Shown here: positions 54,459 to 64,000 of the stretch, one piece after another
Layout: every line of letters starts with the position of its first letter
How positions within the stretch are numbered: the stretch's first letter is position 1
NCBI GenBank assembly: GCA_018056545.1
Contig: JAGPFL010000001.1
Location: 11,574 to 75,573 of the forward strand
Source of the DNA: Syntrophobacterales bacterium
Lineage (GTDB): Bacteria > Desulfobacterota > Syntrophia > Syntrophales > UBA8958
Length of the DNA stretch: 64,000 nt
Direction: 5' to 3'
Made by a program: the position numbers and the translations under genes
The notes under the pieces: model-generated
Told to the model about the DNA's origin: nothing
Database searches by the model: none
What the model saw: only the letters and a program-made list of their open reading frames with translations

Positions 54459-56213
54459 ATGAGGAAGATACAGAGGATCTTGATCGCCAACCGGGGCGAG
54501 ATCGCCTTGCGGATCATCAGGACCGTCCGGGAGATGAATATCGAGGCCGTGGCCATTTATGAAAAGCAGGACCGCGATGCTTACTTTCACCGCTTTGCCG
54601 ACCGGGTCGTCCAGATCGGCGACGAACCCAACCGGGGTTATCTGGATATGGAGCGGATCATTCGGGCCGCCGTCAACACCGGCGCCGATGCCATACACCC
54701 CGGATACGGTTTCCTGGCGGAGAACGCCGATTTTGCCCAGGCCTGCCAGGAGGCGGGGATCGTCTTCATCGGCCCGCCCCCGGCGGTGATCCGTGATCTG
54801 GGGAACAAGGTTTATGCCCGGCAGATGATGGCCAAGGCCGGCATTCCCGTGGTGCCCGGTACGGAGAGCCTGCCGGCGGGCCGGGAGGGTATCGAGGCGG
54901 CATCGGACTTTGCCGCCCGGGCCGGTTACCCGATTATTCTCAAGGCAACGGCAGGCGGCGGCGGCCGTGGGGTAAGAAGGATCAACAATGAGCAGGAGCT
55001 GAAGCTCAACATGTCTTCGGCCCGGGCGGAGGCCCTGGCGGCCTTCCACGACGACCGCGTCTATGCCGAGAAGTATGTGGAGAAACCCCGGCATGTGGAG
55101 GTGCAGATCCTGGCCGACCGTTACGGACATGTCGTCCATCTGGGGACGAGGGATTGCTCCATCCAGCGACGGCACCAGAAACTGCTGGAGATCGCCCCTG
55201 CCGGCCTGCCCGGTGCGGTCTGCGACCAGCTCCAGGAGGCGGCGGTGCTGGCGGCCGTAACCGCCGGATATGTAAATGCGGGCACGGTGGAATTCCTCGT
55301 CGATTCCCGGACTCATGATTTCTGGTTCATGGAGGTGAACACCCGCCTCCAGGTCGAACACACGGTCACGGAGATGATCACGGGCGAGGACTTGGTGCAG
55401 GAGCAGATCCGTATCGCCGAGGGACGCCCCCTCCAGATCCGCCAGGAAGAGGTGCGCCTGCACGGCATCGCCATCGAGGTGCGCATCAACGCCGAAGATC
55501 CCAAAAACAACTTTCTTCCCGAGGGCGGCAAACTCATCGAGGTCTATAACCCACCGGGAGGGCCGGGCATCCGGGTGGACGGCAATGTTTACAAGGGTTA
55601 TGTCGTCCCGTCCGTCTATGATTCCCTTCTGGCGAAACTCATCGTCTGGGGGTACGAATGGGAGCAGACGGTCAACCGCCTCCGCCGGTCCCTGAGGGAT
55701 TTCACCATCGTCTGGCCGAAAACGACCATTCCCCTGTATCTGTCCATCTGCGACGAACCAGATTTCCAAAACAGGATTTTCGATACGGCTTATCTGGACG
55801 AGCATCCTCAAATCTTCCAGTATCCCGAAGCGGAGCATTATGTCCTGGACGATGCCGTCTATAAACTGCTGCTGGCCCCCCATGAGGGGATGGAAGGCAG
55901 GTCGGAAGAGGATATGGCGAGGGATCGCGAGCCGGGTTGGTGGCAGCACCGGCGGATTCTCACCCCTCAGGATATCGAGGAACTAAAAAGGGAAGGGGTC
56001 GTCAAATCCTCCATCAAGGGGAAGGTTACGGATATCCTGGTGGAGGTCGGTGACGAGGTTATGGTTGGGGATGTCCTCGTGGATCTGGAGGCGATGAAGA
56101 TGCACACCCACGTCATCTGTGAGGTGGACGGCAAGGTAACGGATATCCTCATCGAACCCGGAGATGCCGTGGACGTGGGCGATACGCTGGTGATGGTCAA
56201 GGTGGGCCGGTAG
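54459..56213 (+). CDS. Biotin carboxylase fused to a C-terminal biotinyl (BCCP) domain (acyl-CoA/pyruvate carboxylase alpha-type subunit)
   Basis: 584 aa. ILIANRGEIA, GYGFLAEN, KATAGGGGRGVR, MEVNTRLQVEHTVTE. C-terminal LEAMKMHT biotin-lysine motif. Confidence 0.85.
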   Translation: MRKIQRILIANRGEIALRIIRTVREMNIEAVAIYEKQDRDAYFHRFADRVVQIGDEPNRGYLDMERIIRAAVNTGADAIHPGYGFLAENADFAQACQEAGIVFIGPPPAVIRDLGNKVYARQMMAKAGIPVVPGTESLPAGREGIEAASDFAARAGYPIILKATAGGGGRGVRRINNEQELKLNMSSARAEALAAFHDDRVYAEKYVEKPRHVEVQILADRYGHVVHLGTRDCSIQRRHQKLLEIAPAGLPGAVCDQLQEAAVLAAVTAGYVNAGTVEFLVDSRTHDFWFMEVNTRLQVEHTVTEMITGEDLVQEQIRIAEGRPLQIRQEEVRLHGIAIEVRINAEDPKNNFLPEGGKLIEVYNPPGGPGIRVDGNVYKGYVVPSVYDSLLAKLIVWGYEWEQTVNRLRRSLRDFTIVWPKTTIPLYLSICDEPDFQNRIFDTAYLDEHPQIFQYPEAEHYVLDDAVYKLLLAPHEGMEGRSEEDMARDREPGWWQHRRILTPQDIEELKREGVVKSSIKGKVTDILVEVGDEVMVGDVLVDLEAMKMHTHVICEVDGKVTDILIEPGDAVDVGDTLVMVKVGR

Positions 56214-56439
56214 CGGCGCGGGAGCCGCCTGTCCGGTCTTTCCGACACCTTCCACGGAACCGAGGCGGCGCTTTATCAAAGATAGAATTCGGGAAACCCT
56301 CTCAGAAGGGATGTTCCTGTCCCGCTGGTAGAAATCGTCTGCCGGGTGCGCAGCCTTTTACCATACCAATATGCCTCGGCCATCTTACAAAACAGGATAG
56401 CCCGCCGGTGGGAAGGAGCGGGCCATCTGTGAGGGTTTG

Positions 56440-56574
56440 CTATGCCGCGTTGGTTGTCTTCGGCGTTTCGCCTTCAGCAATGCGGTTCGATTTCATGGCC
56501 GGCATCTTCCTTTCGCAAAGGAGCTTTCCCCGTATCCGGACCGTCTTTTCCTGACCTTCCTTGCTCGTTTCCAT
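56440..56574 (-). CDS. Small basic hypothetical protein (44 aa)
   Basis: ATG 56574 preceded by GAGGAGG (5-6 nt spacing). METSKEGQEKTVRIRGKLLCERKMPAMKSNRIAEGETPKTTNAA. A GCCCGC/GCGGGC hairpin plus a short T run (56400-56423) follows the stop on the minus strand. No homology recognised. Confidence 0.3.
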   Translation of the reverse strand: METSKEGQEKTVRIRGKLLCERKMPAMKSNRIAEGETPKTTNAA

Positions 56575-56728
56575 ATTCCGCCTCCTCAGATCATCTTGCT
56601 TGCCGATAGGATATAGAGGCAAGGACTTTTTTGCCATCAGTGCCGTTCCCAATTTCGATTCCGAGATGCGCTGAAGAAATGATCGGCCGGACGCCGCACG
56701 CCGCCTGGGAGTTTGTCCGATAGGGATT

Positions 56729-56953
56729 TCAGCCGGCTGCCTCGATAACCAGCAGCAAATCGTCCGCTTCGACCTCCCTGTTCTCCTCGACCGCGATTTC
56801 GACGACCTTTCCCGTTGCGGGGGAGTAGATGGGGTTTTCCATCTTCATAGACTCCATTTTTATCACTTCATCGTCTTCGTTGACCTCTTCTCCAACATTG
56901 ACGAGTATTTTCATGATTTTTCCCGGTATGGGCGATGTCAGTTCTATCTTCAC
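56729..56953 (-). CDS. Stand-alone biotinyl carrier protein (decarboxylase gamma/MmdC-like)
   Basis: 74 aa; GTG start with AGGAGG RBS. Biotinyl/lipoyl fold with the ESMKME biotin-lysine motif. Confidence 0.75.
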   Translation of the reverse strand: MKIELTSPIPGKIMKILVNVGEEVNEDDEVIKMESMKMENPIYSPATGKVVEIAVEENREVEADDLLLVIEAAG

Positions 56954-56968
56954 ACTGCCTCCTTGCTG

Positions 56969-57213
56969 TTAAATAATTCCCATCCCCTGGGGCACGGAGA
57001 GCATGACGGCGGCGGCGATTACCGAACCTATCTGCCCGGCGTCATTGGCGCCCGCGTCGTGCATCAGGGGATATTTCTTCCGGTTGTATTTTTGCCCCCC
57101 TTCATCACCACCCGGGCGGACATTACAGCGTAACCGCCCGCGGCGCCCACAAAGGGGTTGATCTGGCCTTTGATGACGACATAATAAGAAAAACCGCTTT
57201 CCGTGTCAACCAT
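56969..57213 (-). pseudogene. Frameshifted C-terminal remnant of a Na+-translocating decarboxylase beta subunit (OadB/MmdB/GcdB family)
   Basis: Minus-strand translation gives MVDTESGFSYYVVIKGQINPFVGAAGGYAVMSARVVMKGGKNTTGRNIP*. In the +1 frame it continues ...YPLMHDAGANDAGQIGSVIAAAVMLSVPQGMGII*. Adding one G to the G6 run at 57095-57100 joins the two frames. The motifs resemble the family's ...NPLIGxAGVSAVPMAARV...LLMHAMGPNVAGVIGSA... tail as I recall it. About 300 N-terminal codons are absent. Confidence 0.5.
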
Positions 57214-57241
57214 AAGTAGCGATGAGCCGCACCGGCCGTTT

Positions 57242-58741
57242 TCAGAAGTGGGGCCGCCGGCGGCGGGTTGGGGGAGAGGGCCGCCCACCTCCTGTGGATT
57301 TACGAACGTCCCGCGAACGCTGCTTCTTTTCCGGATAAAGCGCCGTCGGTTTGACCAGCAGTTCTTCATCGGGCTCGATGCAGTGCAGTTGCCTGCCCAT
57401 GAATTCCTCGATGGGGGCGATGTAGAAGGCGTCCCCCTCGTCGGCGAAGCTCACGGCGGTGCCGCTGGCGCCGGCACGGCCGGTGCGGCCGATGCGGTGT
57501 ACGTAATCCTCCGGATCATGGGGCAGGGTGAAATTGATGACATGATCCATCCCCTCGATGTGGATGCCCCGGCCGGCCACGTCCGTAGCGACCAGGACCC
57601 TGATCTTGCCGTTCTTGAAATCCTCAAGACGGCGGATCCGGTTCCGTTGGGGAATGTCTCCCGAGATTTCCGAGCAGTTCACGCCATAGCGGGTCAACCG
57701 TTCCGCGAGGCGCCGCACCTCGTCGCGACGGTTGCAGAAAACCAGCACCCTTTCCAGCCCCTGCTTGACGATGATGTTGTGGAGGAGATCGAATTTTTGC
57801 TCTTCCGTGACGATATAGACGATCTGTTCCACCGTATCGACGGCGACCTGCTCCGGCTCGATCTCCACCATCACGGGATTAACGGTCCACTGGGAGGCGA
57901 GACGGGTGATCATCTCGGTCAACGTGGCGCTGAACAGGAGCGTCTGGCGTTTTTCCTTGGGCGGGGTGCTGTGGATGATCATGCGCACGTCGGGAATGAA
58001 CCCCATATCGAGCATCCGGTCCGCCTCGTCGATGATCAGGATCTCGATCTTTTTCAGAGAGATGTCTCCTCGGCGCTGGAAGTCGAGGAGACGTCCCGGT
58101 GTCGCCACGACGATGTCGGCCGGCCCCGACGCCAGCATCCGTCGCTGTTTTTCGTAATCCATCCCGCCGAACACGGACATGATCTTGATCCCGCAATACT
58201 TGGCAAGCTCCCGGGCCTCGTTGGCGATCTGCACGACCAGTTCTCTGGTCGGAGCCAGGATCAGGACTCGGGGGGTGCCGGGAAGACGTTCTTCCGTATG
58301 GGGATGGTTGAGGAGCCGGGTGATGACGGTGATGAGAAAGGCCGCCGTCTTTCCTGTGCCGGTCTGGGCCCGGCCGCCCGCATCCTTGCCCGACAGGGCG
58401 CTGGGGAGAATCTCCGCCTGTATGGGCGTACAGTATTGGTATCCCAAGTCATAAATGGCGTGGAGCAAAGGTACAGGAAGGTCGAAATCCTGAAACCTGG
58501 TTTTGCCCTCCGCCGGGGCGACCTTGAACTGACGAGGGTCCCAGTGTTCATCCGGCGGGGATACGTCGTCGGCACCGTAAGGAGCCGCCGGAGCGGAGGA
58601 TGTTTTTCTCGGTTTCCGGGATGGGCGTCGTCGCCGCTTTTTGTCTTCAACTATCGGGGTGTCGCTACCGGGCAAGGCCTCCGTTCCTGCGGTTGACGTT
58701 GTTGCCTTTCCCGGTACTGTCGGGGTTTCTGTTTCGTTCAT
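57242..58741 (-). CDS. DEAD-box ATP-dependent RNA helicase (RhlB/RhlE-like)
   Basis: 499 aa. [35 protein letters not shown]. Basic N- and C-terminal tails. Confidence 0.9.
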   Translation of the reverse strand: MNETETPTVPGKATTSTAGTEALPGSDTPIVEDKKRRRRPSRKPRKTSSAPAAPYGADDVSPPDEHWDPRQFKVAPAEGKTRFQDFDLPVPLLHAIYDLGYQYCTPIQAEILPSALSGKDAGGRAQTGTGKTAAFLITVITRLLNHPHTEERLPGTPRVLILAPTRELVVQIANEARELAKYCGIKIMSVFGGMDYEKQRRMLASGPADIVVATPGRLLDFQRRGDISLKKIEILIIDEADRMLDMGFIPDVRMIIHSTPPKEKRQTLLFSATLTEMITRLASQWTVNPVMVEIEPEQVAVDTVEQIVYIVTEEQKFDLLHNIIVKQGLERVLVFCNRRDEVRRLAERLTRYGVNCSEISGDIPQRNRIRRLEDFKNGKIRVLVATDVAGRGIHIEGMDHVINFTLPHDPEDYVHRIGRTGRAGASGTAVSFADEGDAFYIAPIEEFMGRQLHCIEPDEELLVKPTALYPEKKQRSRDVRKSTGGGRPSPPTRRRRPHF

Positions 58742-59059
58742 AGCTCGCTTCTCTTCACCGGCGGTCTAAAGACCGCTTTCCGGTCGGTATGTCGGAATCT
58801 TACGGATCATAAACTCATCCGCTCCAAGATAGCAAGGATTATTACCAATCCCGCCGGGAGTGAATACATTGTCCGGTTTGGCGCCACATGAACGGTTGAC
58901 GATCCCGGTTCGTAAGGGGGGAACATTCGGGAACAGGGAGGGAGCGGCGGACTTGACCGGAGGGAAGCCTTGGGCTATGAGTAAGGCAAAAAGCAATGGT
59001 TAAACCATGACGAATCGTGCTTCTGCCATAGCAGGGAGTTCTTGCGAGGAAAAGAAAAG

Positions 59060-60340
59060 ATGAATGATTCTTGCCGTCCGTCCGTTGACCGGGAACGTGC
59101 CGCAACGCCGGCGCGGCCCCATGGGAAAAGCCTCCTGCTGGTGCTGCTGGCCTGTCTGTTCGTTGCCGGTTGCGCCGCCTCGCCGCCCCGCTTGCAGCCT
59201 TCCGGTCTCAACACCGTCTTCAACTGTGCCGACGACGTCCCTTTTGCCGCCTATGTGCGACAGACCCGGGAGATGATGCTTCGGGCCCGGGTGGATATCG
59301 ATGAACACAATCGGGAGAAAATCCTGAAGGCAAATATGCCCTTTGAACTGCGACCGGAGGAGGGGGAAAACATTCGCGACGGAAAGGGAAGGTACCGACG
59401 GGGGGCCCTGCTTGTCCACGGTCTTTCCGATTCGCCTTATCTGTTGCAGCCTCTGGCCCGTCACCTGCAGAAAAGGGGCTTCCTGGTTCGTACCGTTCTG
59501 TTGCCGGGACACGGGACGGTGCCGGGCGATCTCCTGGAGGTGAGGTGGGAGGATTGGCGCCGGGCGGTGGACTACGGCATCCGGGGCATGCGGGCCGAGG
59601 TCGGGGAACTCTATCTGGGAGGTTTTTCCACCGGCGGGGCCCTCAGTGTGCTGGCGGCCTTGAACCATGGGGAAATCAGCGGCCTTATCCTCCTTTCCCC
59701 CTCCCTGGCGGTGAAGGACCGGCGGGCCGCCCTCGCCGGACTGGCGAGGGGACTCCGGAATTGGGTGGGGAATGTCCAGGACGATGTGGATTACGCCAAA
59801 TACGAGACCTTCGCCGTGAACGCCGCTTATCAGATTTATCTTCTGACCAGGGAAATCGACGGCCTTCTCGCCGCCGGCCGGCGTATAGAAGTCCCGGTAT
59901 TTGCGGTCCTTTCCGAGGAGGATATCACGATCGACGCCGGATATGCCCGGGAGGTCCTGGGGCTTTATGCCCCTTCGCCGAAAAATCTCTTGCTGGTTTA
60001 CGCCCGGAACGCCGCTGACGGGGGAAAGACAATTTCGGGAAACATCCATTACGAGCAAAGCCGTCTCCCCGAGCGGCGGATCCTGGACTTCTCCCATGTG
60101 GCCCTGCCCGTTCCCTGCGACGATCCTCACTACGGCAGCGCGGGAGGCTACCGGAGCTGCCTCCATTACAGTCGGGACCGGGAGAAAAGGGCGATATGCC
60201 GCCACGGAGATGCGGTCTGGCAGGGGGAGATATCGGAGGAGAATCTCCGGGCCCACACCGTCCGCCGGCTGACCTGCAACCCGAAGTATGATGTCCTGCT
60301 GGCGCTGCTGGACCGGTTTCTCAAAAACGCTGGCCGATGA
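59060..60340 (+). CDS. Alpha/beta-hydrolase lipoprotein (lysophospholipase/esterase-like)
   Basis: ORF 59042..60340; probable start ATG 59060. Lipobox LLACLFVAGC, HGLSDSP, nucleophile elbow GFSTGG. Confidence 0.7.
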   Translation: MNDSCRPSVDRERAATPARPHGKSLLLVLLACLFVAGCAASPPRLQPSGLNTVFNCADDVPFAAYVRQTREMMLRARVDIDEHNREKILKANMPFELRPEEGENIRDGKGRYRRGALLVHGLSDSPYLLQPLARHLQKRGFLVRTVLLPGHGTVPGDLLEVRWEDWRRAVDYGIRGMRAEVGELYLGGFSTGGALSVLAALNHGEISGLILLSPSLAVKDRRAALAGLARGLRNWVGNVQDDVDYAKYETFAVNAAYQIYLLTREIDGLLAAGRRIEVPVFAVLSEEDITIDAGYAREVLGLYAPSPKNLLLVYARNAADGGKTISGNIHYEQSRLPERRILDFSHVALPVPCDDPHYGSAGGYRSCLHYSRDREKRAICRHGDAVWQGEISEENLRAHTVRRLTCNPKYDVLLALLDRFLKNAGR

Positions 60341-62699
60341 AGAGCCCCACGGTTTGATGGCCTCCCTCCGCCATGCCGTAGGCGATGTAGGCGGGTCCGA
60401 TGAAGGTGTTGGCGCCCAGAAAGACGCTCCCGGCGTAGATGAGGGACGAAAAGGTGATGTCGCTGCGCTGCTGCCAGGCGTTGCCCGCCTCGAGGGAGAA
60501 ACCCAGATAGAGGGGAGTGTGGAAATCCCCCAGCCCGGCGGTGCCCATGTTTCGGTAACAGATCAGGCGTGCCAGCCCCACGTGCTGACCCGCCAACTCG
60601 TCGGGGAGGTATCCGGAGAGATTGAACAGCCCCCCGATGGTATAGGCATCCTGAATCTGATTGTCGCCGTCCAGCGTTCCACCGTACATGATGCCCGGGA
60701 TGATCGTATATCTTCCCCAGGTCTTGGCTAAGAGGGCATTGCTGTTGATGCCGGAGCCCTTGAAATCCGAACCCATCTCCGGCAGGTTGAACACCCCCAC
60801 CACCTGGACATCGGCCCCGCGAAGGGGAAAATTGAAGTTGTCGAGGGTGTCGTAGGCCAGGGAGGAGAACAAACCCCCGATGTTGTAGCTCCCCGACTGC
60901 AGCTCCGGACCGCCGACGTTGATCCGGGTGGCGCCGTAGCCCCGGCGGACCCCCAGACGCAACTCCCCCCAGTTACCGAACTGCCTTCCCAGATCGAGCC
61001 CGCCGCTGCACTGCTTCAGACGGTATTTGGCCAGGACGTTGCCGGATTTGTCCGTGTTGTAGATATTGGCGTTCCACTCCCGGTATTCGATCCGGGGGGC
61101 GAGGAAGTAACGGGTGGAAAAATCCAGGGGTTGGTAAAATTCCGAGAATATCTTGGGTGTCTCCCCGATCTGTAATTCATTCCGCCATTCCGCTCCCAAG
61201 GCGTTGATCTCGGTCTGGGTGATCCGCGTGCCGATGGTGTAGGAGCTCGATCCCTGGAAATTGTCCTCCAGGCTGAGACTGAAGCGCACATAGGTGGGGC
61301 CCCAGGATTTTTCCACGGGATCGAACACCAGGCCCGTCTTTCCTTCCTTCTTTTCGAGATGGAAATCCACTCGCTCGAAGGTGTCCAGGCCGTAAATGCG
61401 GGTGATGTCCTTTTCGAGGGTATCCAGATCCAGTTTCCGGCCCGGTTTGGTCTCGATCTGGGCCTCGAGGACCCGGGGAGAGAGCTTGGATCGGCCGGCG
61501 GTCAGGGTCCCGATGCCGGGTAATTGTGCCGGCTTGCCGGCCGGAGCGCCGTCTTTTCCCTCCCGGACCACTCCGGTATTGTCCCGGGCCGGCACTTTTG
61601 CTTGAGGCTGCGGTGTGGAGGGTTTGATTTCCACCTTCACATAATCCACAATGGGTGCGACATAGGGTTGCCGTCGCTGCCGAGCCAGGTAGGCATGGTA
61701 GTTTTCCGGCGACACGGCAAGTTGCGCCAGCAGCTCCTTTTTCTGTAAGGCGGCCTCGGCGCCGATCTTCATGGCCGCGGGGCTGCGGGAAAAGTCTGTG
61801 GTTCCCAGGTTGCCCAGTTCCGGTTTGATGAGGATATCACCGGGCTTCAGGGACCGAAGTTGGGCCTGGACATTTCTCTGGATAAGGATGGTCATGACCT
61901 GGGCGGTGATGCTGGCGGTGGAGGCGAGTCCTTCCCGGGTGCGCAGAGGTGTGCCGATATCCACGGCGATGATGATGTCGGCGCCCATTTGCCGGACCAC
62001 ATTCACCGGCAGGTTGTTGGCGATACCACCGTCGACGAGCATTCGGCCGTCGATTTCCATGGGCACGAATATGCCGGGGATGGACATGCTGGCCCGGAGC
62101 GCCTCCGCCAAATCTCCCGCACCGATCACCACCGCCTCGCCCGTTTCTATGTCCGCCGCCACCGCCCGGAAGGGGATCCGGAGCCGGTCGAAATCCTTGA
62201 TGTCCGCCGTGTGGAGCAGCAGCTTTTTCAGGAGCAGATTCAGATTCTGTCCCTGGACCAGCCCCCGGGAGGTGGCCAGCCGTCCGTCCCGCACCCCTAA
62301 GTTGAGGTCGATCTTGTAGGCCTGGCTGTCCTCCTTGCGGCGGAAGGAGAGCTTGTCGGCCGTCTGTTTGTCCGTGAAGGCCTCGTTCCAGGAAATGCCC
62401 GTCACCATCTTTTCCAATTCCTCCGGGGAGGCACCGGCGGCATAGAGACCGCCGACAATGGCCCCCATGCTGGTTCCGGCGATGCAGTCGACGGGCACCC
62501 GCATTTCCTCCAGGACCTTCAGGACGCCGATATGGGCGATGCCCCGGGCCCCCCCACCGCTGAGCACCAGGCCTATCCGGGGTCTTCTTTCCTCTGCGGC
62601 GGCGGTTTCCGCAACAACCCCGGTAAGGATGAAGGCAAAGGTGAAAAACATGAACCATAAAGGCAGTGAAGGCGACAGGTTTTTTCGAGGTGACATCAT
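60321..62699 (-). CDS. Patatin-like phospholipase fused to an Omp85-type beta-barrel (PlpD-like, type Vd secretion architecture)
   Basis: ORF 60321..62762; probable start ATG 62699 (MMSPRKNLSPSLPLWFMFF signal). Patatin motifs GLVLSGGGARG, GTSMG, VDGG. The C-terminal ~450 aa are beta-rich and end with the aromatic GQRF. Confidence 0.8.
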   Translation of the reverse strand: MMSPRKNLSPSLPLWFMFFTFAFILTGVVAETAAAEERRPRIGLVLSGGGARGIAHIGVLKVLEEMRVPVDCIAGTSMGAIVGGLYAAGASPEELEKMVTGISWNEAFTDKQTADKLSFRRKEDSQAYKIDLNLGVRDGRLATSRGLVQGQNLNLLLKKLLLHTADIKDFDRLRIPFRAVAADIETGEAVVIGAGDLAEALRASMSIPGIFVPMEIDGRMLVDGGIANNLPVNVVRQMGADIIIAVDIGTPLRTREGLASTASITAQVMTILIQRNVQAQLRSLKPGDILIKPELGNLGTTDFSRSPAAMKIGAEAALQKKELLAQLAVSPENYHAYLARQRRQPYVAPIVDYVKVEIKPSTPQPQAKVPARDNTGVVREGKDGAPAGKPAQLPGIGTLTAGRSKLSPRVLEAQIETKPGRKLDLDTLEKDITRIYGLDTFERVDFHLEKKEGKTGLVFDPVEKSWGPTYVRFSLSLEDNFQGSSSYTIGTRITQTEINALGAEWRNELQIGETPKIFSEFYQPLDFSTRYFLAPRIEYREWNANIYNTDKSGNVLAKYRLKQCSGGLDLGRQFGNWGELRLGVRRGYGATRINVGGPELQSGSYNIGGLFSSLAYDTLDNFNFPLRGADVQVVGVFNLPEMGSDFKGSGINSNALLAKTWGRYTIIPGIMYGGTLDGDNQIQDAYTIGGLFNLSGYLPDELAGQHVGLARLICYRNMGTAGLGDFHTPLYLGFSLEAGNAWQQRSDITFSSLIYAGSVFLGANTFIGPAYIAYGMAEGGHQTVGLFIGQRF

Positions 62700-62816
62700 A
62701 AAGGGGGCTTTCTTGATTCCATGTTTGCCTTTACGCTTAACCGAGGCGCCGGGATTTGTCAATCATCGGCCTTTTCCCTTGACACATCCAAGATGTTGTG
62801 GCAATTAGCAATCCAC

Positions 62817-62832
62817 ACACTACATATTGTGC
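62817..62832 (+). promoter_or_regulatory. Candidate NrdR box upstream of nrdJ
   Basis: ACACTACATATTGTGC matches 14 of 16 positions of the NrdR-box consensus acaCwAtATaTwGtgt as I recall it. It lies 56 nt upstream of the nrdJ ATG. Confidence 0.4.
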
Positions 62833-62887
62833 TTATTTTACCGGCTTGCCATTTCGTTCAACGAGGAGACAATCGCAATGAAAAAGA

Positions 62888-64000
62888 AGACTTCCCAGTC
62901 GGAGACCCCCTGTCTGACCAAGAACGCCGTTACGGTTCTGGAGAGGCGGTACCTGAAGCGGGACAAGGAAGGAAGGGTGCTGGAGACGGCGGCGCATATG
63001 TTCAGAAGGGTGGCGGAAAGCATCGCGGCGGCGGATCGCATCTTCGTCAGGCAGACCGATACGGAGGCGCTGGCGGAGAAGTTTTATGCGCTGATGGCCA
63101 ATCTGGAATTCCTTCCCAACTCCCCGACCCTGATGAACGCCGGCCGGGAGCTGGGGCAGCTCTCGGCCTGTTTCGTCCTTCCCGTCGGCGACTCCATGGA
63201 AGAGATCTTCGATGCCGTCAAATACACCGCCCTGATTCACAAATCCGGCGGCGGGACCGGGTTTTCCTTTTCCCGGCTCCGGCCCGCCAACGACGTGGTC
63301 ATGACCACCACGGGCATCTCCAGCGGTCCCATCTCCTTCATGCGGGTTTTCGACATCGCCACGGAAACGATCAAACAGGGGGGAACCCGCCGGGGGGCCA
63401 ACATGGGTATCCTGCGCGTCGATCATCCGGATATCATGGATTTCATCATGTGTAAGGCCGACAAGAACCAGTTGAACAACTTCAATATCTCCGTAGGCCT
63501 GACCGAGGTCTTCATGGCGGCGGTGGAGAAGGACGAGAACTACGACCTGATAAATCCCCGCAACGGCCAGGTCACCGGGACGCTGAACGCCAGAAAGGTA
63601 TTCAACCGCATCGTCGCCCAGGCCTGGGAAAACGGCGAGCCGGGGATCGTCTTTCTGGACCGCCTGAACCGCGACAATCCCACCCCCCACATCGGGGCCA
63701 TCGAATCCACCAACCCCTGCGGGGAGCAGCCGCTGCTGCCTTATGAATCGTGCAATCTGGGATCGATCAATCTGGCCAAGATGGTGAAAAACGGTGCTAT
63801 CGACTGGAAACGCCTGCGGGAAGTGGTGCATCTGGCGGTGCATTTTCTCGACAACGTCGTGGAGGTGAACAAGTATCCCCTGCCCGTCATCGCGGAGATG
63901 ACCTTCGGCAACCGGAAGATCGGTCTGGGGGTCATGGGCTGGGCGGACATGCTGATTATGCTGGGTATTCCCTATGATACCGAGGAGGCCCTCCGGTTGG
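62888..64000 (+). CDS. nrdJ: Class II (adenosylcobalamin-dependent) ribonucleotide reductase, N-terminal 371 codons (partial, runs off right edge)
   Basis: Not in the ORF track because there is no stop in the window. Hand translation from ATG 62888 (GAGGAG RBS): [26 protein letters not shown]...[12 protein letters not shown]...SACFVLPV...[13 protein letters not shown]...[22 protein letters not shown] (thiyl-radical Cys loop). Confidence 0.9.

Noticed and set aside
54414-55949. 511-aa minus-strand ORF antisense to biotin carboxylase. The same applies to 57203..58696 (+), 59000..60256 (-) and 62833..63843 (-), which are antisense to the helicase, the hydrolase and nrdJ.
   Set aside because: All are mirror frames of genes with definitive motifs. 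This is the high-GC third-position artefact.
62763-62887. Possible cobalamin riboswitch in front of the B12-dependent nrdJ
   Set aside because: The leader is only ~125 nt and has no B12-box-like sequence. It is too short for that riboswitch class.

Overview
This is a high-GC, densely coding bacterial chromosomal window. I found no rRNA, tRNA, CRISPR array, transposase or integrase. Gene content (GroESL, Tat FeS/cytochrome b module, class II RNR, Wzx/Wzy polysaccharide genes) suggests an anaerobic deltaproteobacterium-like organism; that is inference only.

Layout:
(i) 1-2846, minus strand: a partial membrane SpeE-like protein plus a pore-less voltage-sensor-domain protein.
(ii) 3247-4602: an atoE-type short-chain fatty acid transporter with an attenuator-like leader.
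(iii) About 5.1-32.2 kb: a ~27-kb Wzx/Wzy-type exopolysaccharide locus. It holds 7 glycosyltransferases, a methyltransferase, an O-acyltransferase, a DegT aminotransferase, a Wzx-GNAT fusion, a Wzy-like polymerase, a PCP, a BY-kinase-like protein with a dead P-loop, an OPX exporter, a priming sugar transferase, a GH9 lipoprotein and a TPR protein. An envelope module of two FGE-sulfatase-domain paralogs, an OmpA-like protein and an AMIN protein is embedded in it.
(iv) 32.3-36.2 kb: a GAF-GGDEF cyclase, a PAS hybrid histidine kinase and a GGDEF relic.
(v) 36.4-44.9 kb: a ten-gene, self-contained type II FAS-like cassette (FabD, acyl-CoA-dehydrogenase-like, FabH-like, FabA, FabG, FabZ-like, KAS I/II, divergent ACP, PlsC-type acyltransferase, PPTase) with no enoyl-ACP reductase. 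This is my top candidate for an undescribed system.
(vi) 45-48.7 kb: lipid-related neighbours (NAPE-PLD-like MBL hydrolase, PNPOx-like flavoprotein, long-chain acyl-CoA ligase).
(vii) groESL, FeS + cytochrome b, panE, biotin carboxylase-BCCP, a decayed Na+-decarboxylase remnant with an orphan biotin carrier, a DEAD-box helicase, a lipoprotein hydrolase, a PlpD-like patatin autotransporter, and the 5' part of nrdJ.

All functional calls rest on motifs I recognise in the translated ORFs and on reading the DNA by eye. No database search or computation was possible. Start codons that I moved are noted in the evidence for each feature.
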